IMG/VR virus record: IMGVR_UViG_3300030708_004078
Span: 1-33,675 of that record
DNA from: a virus
Lineage: Duplodnaviria; Caudoviricetes
Reading direction: 5' to 3' (one strand)
Length of the DNA stretch: 33,675 nucleotides
Shown here: piece after piece, positions 25,325 through 33,353 of the stretch
Layout of the letters: every line of letters starts with the position of its first letter
How positions within the stretch are numbered: position 1 is the stretch's first letter
Notes under the pieces: model-generated
Told to the model about the DNA's origin: nothing
What the model saw: only the letters and a program-made list of their open reading frames with translations
Databases searched by the model: none
Program-made: the position numbers and the translations under genes

Positions 25325-25937
25325 CCCTACCTAAAGGCTCAAATATTTGTCTGAAGCGCTCTGCCTGGTCAAAACCATACTGCAATTTAGGTAGATATAC
25401 GAAGTACCCCCAAAACATGGGGGTTTTGTTGGTGAAGTATCTTTTTCCGTGGATGAGGCGTGCACGGTCTTTTGGGAAACACATTGGGAAATCCCATACT
25501 TCAGGACATGTACGAAGGAGCTCAGGATACGTGGTGTAAAACAAAGCCTCAGGTATGTTTCGAAGTTTCCATTCGCGGTGCAAGCGACGAAACCAGATCA
25601 CTGATGGGTGTCTAGAATTCACACCACTTCGTGTGCTCCATCTCCAGCTACCACGCTTTTTGTTGTATGAGCAACGTCCATAAGTAGGTGGAAATAAATA
25701 GGTCTTACCCGTCCAAGGATCTTGAGTATTCAGGCCGTCGTCTTCTAGGGTGTAAATTTTTTTTGCTTGCAAGAACTGCATGTTTGCGTCATGCGTCGAG
25801 CAAGGATCGAGGTCGATCTCACCTAATAAATCATGTATGTAAGGTAAATATTCAGCAGGCGTTAGCCAGTCCTCGGAGATATGATAAATTTTTCCGAGGA
25901 TATTGCGTAGAGACTTCCAGCTCTGCTTTTTCTTCAA
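25308..25937 (-). CDS. Phage Dam-family N6-adenine methyltransferase-like protein with variant motif IV
   Basis: DWLTP, IDLDPCS...AN..QAKKIYTLEDDGL...W.G; FPPTYG in place of NPPYG. Confidence 0.75.
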   Translation of the reverse strand: MKKKQSWKSLRNILGKIYHISEDWLTPAEYLPYIHDLLGEIDLDPCSTHDANMQFLQAKKIYTLEDDGLNTQDPWTGKTYLFPPTYGRCSYNKKRGSWRWSTRSGVNSRHPSVIWFRRLHREWKLRNIPEALFYTTYPELLRTCPEVWDFPMCFPKDRARLIHGKRYFTNKTPMFWGYFVYLPKLQYGFDQAERFRQIFEPLGRVTGLP

Positions 25938-26332
25938 AGCATGAGAAAATTGCTTTGAGTATTATCGCGCTTGTAATGGACCAATGCAAGCTCGTTATCG
26001 TCTTGGATCAAGAACAAGGATTCCTTGTCGGGCTCAATCGTCTCCGCACGACGAATTGCTTTTTGCAAAACTTCAGAAATCGACTCTTGATCCCTGTTAT
26101 CCTCCAATGCGGAGATTAAAGAGTCGACAGGCAGATAGAACATGCTCTCCTTGTCGTCAGCGCCAGGTTTAAAAACCAACGCGCCAGGTCCTTCCAGCCG
26201 GTAAAATTTCAAATAGAAATCGCACATATCGGCGCAAATACGCTCGATTGTCAGCTTTATTAGAGTCTCTTCAGTCTCTCCAGTGGCGCTGAGCATAAGT
26301 TTGCTGAGCATTTTGTTGCGACGGCTTGTCAT
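25934..26332 (-). CDS. Hypothetical protein (start moved to MTSRR at 26332)
   Basis: TAGTAT at 26358-26353 upstream; FY..EGPGALVF.P. Confidence 0.7.
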   Translation of the reverse strand: MTSRRNKMLSKLMLSATGETEETLIKLTIERICADMCDFYLKFYRLEGPGALVFKPGADDKESMFYLPVDSLISALEDNRDQESISEVLQKAIRRAETIEPDKESLFLIQDDNELALVHYKRDNTQSNFLML

Positions 26333-26355
26333 AGTACTCTTTATTTGCACCAATA

Positions 26356-26952
26356 CTAGCAAGCTTGTTGTGCACTCACAGGTTCGGTTGTCTCCTTCAG
26401 TTTTATAAAGTTTGATAGACCTGCACGCTTGAGTGTTTCCAGTAATTTTGGGAGCGGTTTGTATAAAACCACTGCTTTTTGCATGTTTCCAATTTTTTTG
26501 ATTAATTTTCCGTCTTGATCCCTCAGCTTTGTCAATTCTCCTTGTCTAATTAGATATTCGGCTACACAACGGTATCTACGCTTCTCTGCCAAATTAATAT
26601 CAGGGTACCGATCGCAGATTGTACTGATCTTCATGTCACTAAAAGTGATTCGGATCTGATCTGCCAAGGACAAGCCAAGCACGATGTCGGACGTGCTTGT
26701 TTCATAGCTACAGACAAGCTCAAGATAACGCCTTAGATCAGCGGTTTCAAAACTGCCAGAGGGTGGCACAAACATTTCTACCTGCTCAACCAAAGAAGGC
26801 ACAAGCTTCTGCGCGTAGTTATCGATGGTCACTGAATTAATGTCTAAATCAGTGAAACGGTAGCTTTGATAGGAGTTTGTAGTCGACTCTTCTGGTTCGA
26901 AATCGGTTTTTTCAAGTACATCCAACCAGTCTTCTTCTGGGGTTGTACTCAT
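26356..26952 (-). CDS. Hypothetical protein, possible winged-helix DNA-binding C-terminus
   Basis: Acidic N-terminus; RYRCVAEYLIRQGELTKL....VVLYKP. Confidence 0.65.
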   Translation of the reverse strand: MSTTPEEDWLDVLEKTDFEPEESTTNSYQSYRFTDLDINSVTIDNYAQKLVPSLVEQVEMFVPPSGSFETADLRRYLELVCSYETSTSDIVLGLSLADQIRITFSDMKISTICDRYPDINLAEKRRYRCVAEYLIRQGELTKLRDQDGKLIKKIGNMQKAVVLYKPLPKLLETLKRAGLSNFIKLKETTEPVSAQQAC

Positions 26953-26954
26953 GG

Positions 26955-27368
26955 CTACGTATTTTCTTGATTAATCTTAGCGATTTTTTGGATTTGTGTC
27001 TTTTTGTTTTTTTCGTCCCATTGCCTTTTGTGGTCAGCGATGAGGACGCTGACGTAGTAATCCTTCAATAGGGTGAAATGGTCTTTAAAGCTTGTGACCT
27101 TGAACCACTGCTTACCGTAAATGTCTTCAAGGCGCTTTTTTGCTTTATCGACAGAGCCTCCAAAATTTTCTGCCTCCCAAAGTGAGGTTGCCAGTCTCTT
27201 TTGTAGGGTCGTCAAAAGTGATTCGATTTCTTGGATAGACAGTGAGTGTATTAACTCGCTAAACTCTTGAAGGTAAGGGTATTTTGTATCATGCGTCGCC
27301 CCATCACGTACGCCGAGCTGTTGTTGCTCTGCATTTTTGTCCCCGTTGGCTTCTTCGGAGCTGTCCAT
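26955..27368 (-). CDS. Hypothetical protein
   Basis: First gene of a minus-strand operon; helical. Confidence 0.65.
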   Translation of the reverse strand: MDSSEEANGDKNAEQQQLGVRDGATHDTKYPYLQEFSELIHSLSIQEIESLLTTLQKRLATSLWEAENFGGSVDKAKKRLEDIYGKQWFKVTSFKDHFTLLKDYYVSVLIADHKRQWDEKNKKTQIQKIAKINQENT

Positions 27369-27388
27369 TTACATGAGTTTGTGACAGA

Positions 27389-27394
27389 TAGAAT
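27389..27394 (+). promoter_or_regulatory. -10 element TAGAAT
   Basis: Context GATAGAATCA is identical to 32051-32060. Confidence 0.5.
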
Positions 27395-27423
27395 CAGTAT
27401 AGAAGTGCGACTGAAGTAGTACA

Positions 27424-28275
27424 ATGGGTTCTCGGCCAAAGACACCTACTATTAAAGTACCGAAGCCTGTTGTCTACCAGACTTTTGTACCTGAGGAAGA
27501 TTTCACCAGAGCTGACGAATACATTGGTTATCTGGACAATGAGACTGACAAACTCATTGCGATAGAGAATTTAACTTTAGGCAATAAGGAGAAGAGGGCA
27601 TACGACAACCTGGTCGACCGCGAGAGAGAGCTGGGTGCTTATTATGGGTCTCTCCCTGCTGATCAAGCAGAGACCGGCTTTAAGATTGATCAAAGCATTA
27701 GAGACGCTTTTAAGCAGCGTGTTGATGAGACTACTGAAGATGTAAATCGGGCTCGCGGTGTGTTTGAAGAAACCACCCAAGGTGGTGGTGATAAGCCCGG
27801 CATCGATGGTCCGTTTGACCCAGACGGCGGCGGCGGTGGGGGCGGTGATGGCCCAAGCAAGGGGTTAGCTGATTACCAGAAATTTCTTAGAACCTACGAT
27901 CACACTGCTCGGGGCAAAGGATCGAAGAGAGGTAAAGAGCGTTTCAGCGGCTTAGACGTTCGTTTTGTCAGGGATGCCGCTAAAGATTACGACATTACTG
28001 AAGAGGAACGTAATAAGGCTATCATTGATGCGGTAAAACAGTATGACAAAGATGACGTTAGCATGGGTGGAGCTACGGAGAGAGCACTTGAAAAATTAGG
28101 GGGAGATTTTGACTTCGGTAAGAAAAAAAAGAAGAGAAAAAAGGCTAAAAAGAAAGCAAAGAAAAGAAGAGAGAAGTTTAATGCTTCAGGCAAATCGCGT
28201 TTCCAGAGGGAACAATACGGTCGATCTCGGTACCAAAGAACGGGTATGGGCACAGGTCGACCGGGCGGCGGCTGA
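27424..28275 (+). CDS. Low-complexity protein with poly-Gly linker and Lys/Arg-rich tail
   Basis: GGGGGGG linker; KKKKKRKKAKKKAKKRR. Confidence 0.75.
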   Translation: MGSRPKTPTIKVPKPVVYQTFVPEEDFTRADEYIGYLDNETDKLIAIENLTLGNKEKRAYDNLVDRERELGAYYGSLPADQAETGFKIDQSIRDAFKQRVDETTEDVNRARGVFEETTQGGGDKPGIDGPFDPDGGGGGGGDGPSKGLADYQKFLRTYDHTARGKGSKRGKERFSGLDVRFVRDAAKDYDITEEERNKAIIDAVKQYDKDDVSMGGATERALEKLGGDFDFGKKKKKRKKAKKKAKKRREKFNASGKSRFQREQYGRSRYQRTGMGTGRPGGG

Positions 28276-28944
28276 TTAAACAATCTCGCCAAAATCTAAA
28301 GAGGCGACAGCGTTATTTGACACCAAGTCAAAGTTGACCGCCTCTTCAGCGGCTTCTTGTGTGAACCTAAAGTCAGTCACCTGTACGTTGACTGAGATTG
28401 AATAAGTCGTTTCTAGATACCTAATATCATTAGTTATTAAGAAAAGGTATTCACCTGCTTCGAGCCTTGTGCTTGGATAATCTTCTAAACGCAGCTCTTC
28501 TTCGTTATAGTCAATAGAGCTTTGTGGGCTGACGTAGCCCAAATTATTTATGGGAAGCTCCTCTCGCCTGTTATCTGGCAAGAGCTGATATATAGCCAGC
28601 AGAGTATTCCTGTTTGTATTTTGTTGATAGCTAAACTGATCGAGCTCTTGCGTGAATTGAATTGAGCGTGGTGATGTGAGCCGGATTTTATAAAATGTCG
28701 TCTGCTGTCTAGAGAGGCCGCCGTGGTTACTTGTCAGTGGTACCGAGCGAAATACAGCAGAGAAACTGCCCAAATCAATAGGATTATATAAGCTATCTCC
28801 ACGCTGTGCAGGACGGGGATCAGATCCATAGTAAGAGGTTGGTCCATATGCAGTAGGGCCTGTACCACCGGTTGGATAAGCTTCAACACTTCCAAGGTTG
28901 TAAAATCCAGAGTTACTGGGAATTGTCGTTAGAAACCTCGCCAT
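28276..28944 (-). CDS. Beta-sandwich (PPC-like) putative structural protein
   Basis: NPIDLG, TTFYKIRL, LEAGEYLFLI, YSISV; terminal LDFGEIV. Confidence 0.65.
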   Translation of the reverse strand: MARFLTTIPSNSGFYNLGSVEAYPTGGTGPTAYGPTSYYGSDPRPAQRGDSLYNPIDLGSFSAVFRSVPLTSNHGGLSRQQTTFYKIRLTSPRSIQFTQELDQFSYQQNTNRNTLLAIYQLLPDNRREELPINNLGYVSPQSSIDYNEEELRLEDYPSTRLEAGEYLFLITNDIRYLETTYSISVNVQVTDFRFTQEAAEEAVNFDLVSNNAVASLDFGEIV

Positions 28945-29257
28945 CTGCCTCGTTTAATCCAATAAACAGACCATTAGTCCGTCCGGATTTTTGATACTTT
29001 TCTTCCATAATTATAGCTCGCTCAGGATAAAACCCTTCGTCCTCTGCTGTCTCAATTAATTCGTAGCTAAGATTGTTGACCATACAGCGTAGGTCTGAGT
29101 CGGCTTCACCGAAATCTTCTTGCCAATCACCCCAATAAATTTCACTGCCAATAACGACACATGCAACCCATTTACGTGCTCCTGGCCGCCAATCGCTTGG
29201 CAGGATGCTAGCTCTCTTGTGGGTTGGTTTTTTTGAAGTGCTCGAAGATGTTGACAT
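28913..29257 (-). CDS. Hypothetical protein
   Basis: Fills operon; ME..YQ.SGRTNGLF.GL. Confidence 0.6.
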   Translation of the reverse strand: MSTSSSTSKKPTHKRASILPSDWRPGARKWVACVVIGSEIYWGDWQEDFGEADSDLRCMVNNLSYELIETAEDEGFYPERAIIMEEKYQKSGRTNGLFIGLNEADGEVSNDNSQ

Positions 29258-30323
29258 AATTCAGTTGAATGGTTTCAATTTTAGATGGCTCAACCACGCC
29301 GTCAAGCCCTTTTGCGATCAGGTGTTTTGGGTTACAGCAAAACTTTTCACAATCAGGCTTTGTGTGGATGCGGTACTTACCTGTATATCCACGGCTCAGC
29401 CAGTAAGCAACTCTCATTGCTGACTGTGAAGGACTGTTGTGGAATGGTGACGGACAATAGGCAACTGATTCCGTGCCCCCTTTCTTCGTGGCACCTAGCC
29501 ATGGCCAGCACTCGTCTTCGCCTTTTACATCCACTTGGTCCCAAAACCGTTTGACGGTCCAATACCAGCGGTAGTCGAATTGCGTCACGTCTACAGAGCA
29601 GTGACCTTCTTTGATCTGTTCGATGCAGTCGAGGCACTCACCCATGTGGCCAAAACGACCCTTGTGTCCTGTTTCACCGTTGCGATGCCAAGGGCATTCG
29701 AGTTCGTTCGTCACGTGATATTCAAGTTGATACCGCCTGACCTCTTCTGGATAGCTTGTCAGCAGATTTGCAACAAGGTTTTCGAAGTAGTCCCAGCTTT
29801 CTTCAAGATTAGGTTGTTCGCCATCTAAATGCACACTTCTATATGTTGTGCCTGATCTGATCTTCTGAACTTTGTGATAGGGCAGGCCTAGCTCCTCCGC
29901 TAGGTGCTTTGTAGAAATGCGTGAATCAGCTGTTTTGATTGAGCTCAGGATGACTGGGTCGATTTGAAGGCCCTTACGCTGCTGGTTTTCGAACATCACG
30001 TCTGCCCTGGTCCCGTAGTAGTAATGAGAGGGGTTGAGGCAGAAGGGATCAGTACAGGTGTGTCGCCGCACGATTACGGACTGCTCTGCGGACGGGTACT
30101 GGCCTATCAGGGATAGCAGTAGGGGCCTGGCGTCCTGTGCTCTGTAGTGCAGGTGGTTGCGCTTGCTGTTGACGAAGCCGGCGAAGATGACGCGAGGGTT
30201 CCCCGCAAGGCTCCAGCAGCTTGTGCGCCCTCTTGACCTGCTCAATAGCTGTGCAGCTTTCGCAAAAACAATGAGATCACTGGCCACAAGCCCTGATTCA
30301 GCAAAGAAAGCGACCTCACGCAT
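29208..30323 (-). CDS. Protein with two divergent HNH_3/His-Me finger domains and a central HTH
   Basis: SCW...RHTCTDPFCLNPSHYYYGTRADV; STKHLAEELGLPYHKVQKIRSGTTY; RFWDQVD..GEDECWPWLG...RVAYWL...CEKFCCNPKHL. Confidence 0.8.
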   Translation of the reverse strand: MREVAFFAESGLVASDLIVFAKAAQLLSRSRGRTSCWSLAGNPRVIFAGFVNSKRNHLHYRAQDARPLLLSLIGQYPSAEQSVIVRRHTCTDPFCLNPSHYYYGTRADVMFENQQRKGLQIDPVILSSIKTADSRISTKHLAEELGLPYHKVQKIRSGTTYRSVHLDGEQPNLEESWDYFENLVANLLTSYPEEVRRYQLEYHVTNELECPWHRNGETGHKGRFGHMGECLDCIEQIKEGHCSVDVTQFDYRWYWTVKRFWDQVDVKGEDECWPWLGATKKGGTESVAYCPSPFHNSPSQSAMRVAYWLSRGYTGKYRIHTKPDCEKFCCNPKHLIAKGLDGVVEPSKIETIQLNYVNIFEHFKKTNPQES

Positions 30324-30324
30324 T

Positions 30325-30613
30325 TGGGGTGGACGTCAGAGTGGCTCAAAATTAGGCTGAAATCGACTGCCCTGCAACGAGTTTGGGGAATAATCACCAA
30401 AAACGATTTTAGGACCGTACTTTTACTTACTTCTTAGGAGTAGGAGCCTAGGGTCTTGGTAGTGAATTTTTTAGCTACCAAAGACCTAGACCCCGTCCCT
30501 ATACGCTTAAGTGAAAACCCCCTTTTAAAAAAGTAGTTTGGTAATTATTCGCGAGAACTACTGCGCTGCAATGGATTTGAGGGAAAAAAGTACGGCCTGG
30601 AGCGGCCACCCCA
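30325..30613. repeat. Nested imperfect inverted repeats in the longest non-coding stretch (candidate origin or packaging site)
   Basis: Four arm pairs: 30325-30332/30606-30613, 30357-30410/30529-30581, 30411-30424/30586-30598, 30421-30462/30475-30517. Confidence 0.75.
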
Positions 30614-30623
30614 CACATAAATG

Positions 30624-30821
30624 TTAGCTACTTTCAGTGTTTTGGCGCTTTGAAACTTTGTAATAGTTCTCAAATACCTCGGCGAAAGAGACAGCGTTGT
30701 CGAAAGAATGTGCGTAATGGCATATTCCACCCGCCGCAGAACATGTGAGATATTTGTAATCTTTGCAGCCGTTTACCGTGGTGACCGTTGTTCCATTAGG
30801 AAAAGTTTTGATCAGATCCAT
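30624..30821 (-). CDS. Small hypothetical protein with Cys/His
   Basis: 65 aa ORF, YLTCSAAGGICHY. Confidence 0.5.
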   Translation of the reverse strand: MDLIKTFPNGTTVTTVNGCKDYKYLTCSAAGGICHYAHSFDNAVSFAEVFENYYKVSKRQNTESS

Positions 30822-30868
30822 CTGATTGCTGGCTAATGTTAGTATTGTAAGAAAGATATTTTTGATAA

Positions 30869-31687
30869 GTGAGCACCTACAAAGATAATCGAGCTAGGCA
30901 GCAAAAACTACGCCGCTCAAATCAAGATCCTGCTGTAAATGATCGCGTAGGTGCTTTCCTTAGATTTTTAGCCGGGCCTATAACTTATAACCAGGGTGTC
31001 GTTGATGCACGGATAAAGGCAATGGAACGCGGATCGAAAATTCCGTTTTTGCCTGAATTTGGTTTGACCGAAGGGTTTCAGTCTTATGTTGACCAGGCAG
31101 GAAGGGATTTAAGCATTGCTTTTCCGGCAAGTGATCCGACAGGTGTAGAGCCTCCAGTTTTGGAATCAGCAGATAGCCCAGAAGCGGCTGAGCAAAATTT
31201 TCTAGATCAACAATATCAACGGTATTTCAAAACGCCGGAATTTGATAGTGTTTTCGGTGCAGGAGCTAGAGGTACTGGATCACCTCAAGATGCGGCTGCA
31301 ATGGAAGTATTAGGCAACCAGCTTATGGCGCCTGAGAAAGATACCAACATTGCCTCGATGTATGCGGCCCAGAGTGCAATGGGGCGTGTAAATCAGGATA
31401 AGATCCAAGACTATTTCGCGGATACTAACCTGCCTGGTAATGTCAAATTAAAAGATGGAAGCACTGCATTGCAGGCATGGGCGAAAGAAAACCCGATGCT
31501 TGCACAGCGTGAGTATTTAAAAGCTCAAGCAAAATTTGCAGAGAACGCACCAATGGCACCTGATGGTGAAACAGTAATGGGTGATTTAGGCAGCCGTGCT
31601 CAAATGGAAAATCCTATGGGACAGGAGGCTTATGATGCAATTATGGCTGCCAAAGAAAAATTAATGAAAAAGGCAGGTTCAAAATGA
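30869..31687 (+). CDS. Ala/Gln/Met-rich protein, possibly internal virion protein
   Basis: GTG start after TAGTAT at 30840-30845; YAAQSAMG, WAKENPMLAQREY. Confidence 0.7.
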   Translation: MSTYKDNRARQQKLRRSNQDPAVNDRVGAFLRFLAGPITYNQGVVDARIKAMERGSKIPFLPEFGLTEGFQSYVDQAGRDLSIAFPASDPTGVEPPVLESADSPEAAEQNFLDQQYQRYFKTPEFDSVFGAGARGTGSPQDAAAMEVLGNQLMAPEKDTNIASMYAAQSAMGRVNQDKIQDYFADTNLPGNVKLKDGSTALQAWAKENPMLAQREYLKAQAKFAENAPMAPDGETVMGDLGSRAQMENPMGQEAYDAIMAAKEKLMKKAGSK

Positions 31688-32040
31688 CATACAACCCTTT
31701 CGGCGGCGGTTTTAATTCTTCTTATCTCAACATGGCAACTGATCTAGGAGATCCTCGTCGCCAGGAGAAGCTACCTGGTGGTTATGCAACTCAAGGGCAG
31801 GCTGTCAGCGCCCCCTATGCAGAAGCCAACATGAAGGCTGCTGAGAAAACAAATCCGATGAATGCAGAATCTCAAACACCGGGTAAAGATTTTCTTTCCA
31901 AATACATCATTGGTGGTTTAGCAGGTCCATTAGTCAGAGGCGGAGTTGAAGATCTTGTCGGAGGTGGCCTTGTCGGTCAGGCACTTGGTATTGGCTCTGA
32001 AGCATTAGTCGGCGGCCTTGCCGGTAAAATGTTGGGATGA
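31684..32040 (+). CDS. Low-complexity protein with Gly/Leu zipper tail
   Basis: ATGA coupling; DFLSKYI followed by LVGG repeats. Confidence 0.7.
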   Translation: MTYNPFGGGFNSSYLNMATDLGDPRRQEKLPGGYATQGQAVSAPYAEANMKAAEKTNPMNAESQTPGKDFLSKYIIGGLAGPLVRGGVEDLVGGGLVGQALGIGSEALVGGLAGKMLG

Positions 32041-32052
32041 GTTTGTAAAAGA

Positions 32053-32058
32053 TAGAAT
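32053..32058 (+). promoter_or_regulatory. -10 element TAGAAT
   Basis: AT-rich gap, 29 nt before the ATG at 32088. Confidence 0.5.
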
Positions 32059-32087
32059 CAATATATAAGTGAAACTTAATTAGAAAA

Positions 32088-32795
32088 ATGGGTGCAAGAG
32101 GAGCTGTCCGTAGCGGCTATCGTCCCAAGTTTGATTTCAGTGGACTAGATGCTCAGCCTCAGTCTGCCAGCGCTATGACGACGCAAGGTCAAGCCGGTAT
32201 GGACAGCGCCCGTGCGTTATTAGGTGATCAAAATATTCAAGGTGAAGCACGTACTGCTGCTCGCTCAGATTACAGGGCTGCCAAAGATATGCGAAAGGCA
32301 GGTATGTTTGCTGAAGCTTTTGGAGAGGCAAGCAAAAAACAAGCTATGGGAGCTCTTTCAGGAAAAGATACATCTCGGCAGGAAAGTCGAATGGATCGGA
32401 CAATGGGCAAGGCTATTAGAAGGTTTGGATCTGATTCAGCGTCAGATATGGCTGGCACTTTCGGCAAAGATTATACGGGCGGGAAAACAATTAATGCAGA
32501 TCAAAGAGCCAGTCAGACCGAAAGACTCAGAGCTAAGATGAAAATGCGTGATGACGCATTGAAAGCGGCAGGTGGCAAAAGGTTTAATGAAATTACAGGC
32601 ACAGGTGAAGAGGCCGATGCTCAGAGACAGGCTGCATTGATGGCTAAGAAGATGGACAGAAGAATCAATAGACAGCTTGGGCGAGCTGCTGGCAAATTCG
32701 GTGCTGATACTGCAGCAGAGCTTGCTTCACGTGTTGGTGTCGATCGTGAAAAACGTAAGCGTCATCAGCAAGACCGACTTCAGGAGGGTGCTTGA
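32088..32795 (+). CDS. Ala/Arg/Met-rich helical protein with internal repeat
   Basis: MDRTMGKAIRRFGSDSASDMA versus MDRRINRQLGRAAGKFGADTAAELA. Confidence 0.7.
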   Translation: MGARGAVRSGYRPKFDFSGLDAQPQSASAMTTQGQAGMDSARALLGDQNIQGEARTAARSDYRAAKDMRKAGMFAEAFGEASKKQAMGALSGKDTSRQESRMDRTMGKAIRRFGSDSASDMAGTFGKDYTGGKTINADQRASQTERLRAKMKMRDDALKAAGGKRFNEITGTGEEADAQRQAALMAKKMDRRINRQLGRAAGKFGADTAAELASRVGVDREKRKRHQQDRLQEGA

Positions 32796-33352
32796 TCATG
32801 GCTGTAGCAGCCCTTACAGAAAACCTGTCGAGAAAAGAACGCAAGCGGCTTGCCAAGAAGAGACGCAAAGAAGCCAAACGTTTAGCTAAGTTAAGACGTA
32901 AGCAATCAAAGCGTAGAGGCAAACGTAGAGGCGGGCGTAGAGACGAGCGCAACGAAGGCCGCAGTTTTGTCGACACTGGCTATAGCTTTGGTGGCCGCAA
33001 AGACGAGCGTGGTGAAGACCGTAGTTTTGTCGACACTGACTATAGTTTTGGCGGACGCCGTGATGGTGATGCCGGCATCTTTAGGGGCTCACACTTCGGT
33101 CTGAGGGGAGACGATCTTCAAAAAGGTCATGTAGGTCTCGGCAAGGGTTATGTAGGTCTCGGCAAAGGTTATGTTGATATTGGGAGAGGATCTGCGATTC
33201 AGCTTGGCAAGTCTGCGATTCAGCTTGGCAATTCAATGACCGATAGAAGTTCAAGTTCATCGACTGCAGGTGCTGACGATAAATTTACGATTTTTGGCAA
33301 GCCAGCATCTAAACAGAACAATTCAGGTTTTAGAGGTATGAGGTATTTCTAA
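32792..33352 (+). CDS. Arg/Lys-rich then Gly-rich repeat protein
   Basis: Protamine-like N-terminus; tandem peptide repeats. Confidence 0.65.
   Translation: MIMAVAALTENLSRKERKRLAKKRRKEAKRLAKLRRKQSKRRGKRRGGRRDERNEGRSFVDTGYSFGGRKDERGEDRSFVDTDYSFGGRRDGDAGIFRGSHFGLRGDDLQKGHVGLGKGYVGLGKGYVDIGRGSAIQLGKSAIQLGNSMTDRSSSSSTAGADDKFTIFGKPASKQNNSGFRGMRYF
32941..33060 (+). repeat. 2 x 60 bp in-frame tandem repeat
   Basis: agacgagcg...agttttgtcgacactg.ctatag.tttgg twice. Confidence 0.9.
33122..33232 (+). repeat. 21 bp in-frame tandem repeats (KGxVGLG x2-3; SAIQLG[KN] x2)
   Basis: aa.ggt.atgtaggtctcggc at 33122 and 33143; tctgcgattcagcttggcaa at 33191 and 33212. Confidence 0.9.
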
Positions 33353-33353
33353 T

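Noticed and set aside
22313-25937. Restriction-modification pair (HNH plus Dam-like)
   Set aside because: Genes are 2.5 kb apart on opposite strands and the methylase motif is altered; both families are common standalone phage genes
25688-26172. Plus-strand ORFs 25688-26119 and 25984-26172
   Set aside because: Antisense to the Dam-like gene and its coupled upstream gene
30545-30730. Minus-strand 61 aa ORF and plus-strand 30157-30360
   Set aside because: They overlap better ORFs or the inverted-repeat element and show no protein-like features
32941-33232. CRISPR-like array
   Set aside because: Repeats are adjacent, in-frame multiples of 3, with no unique spacers and no cas genes
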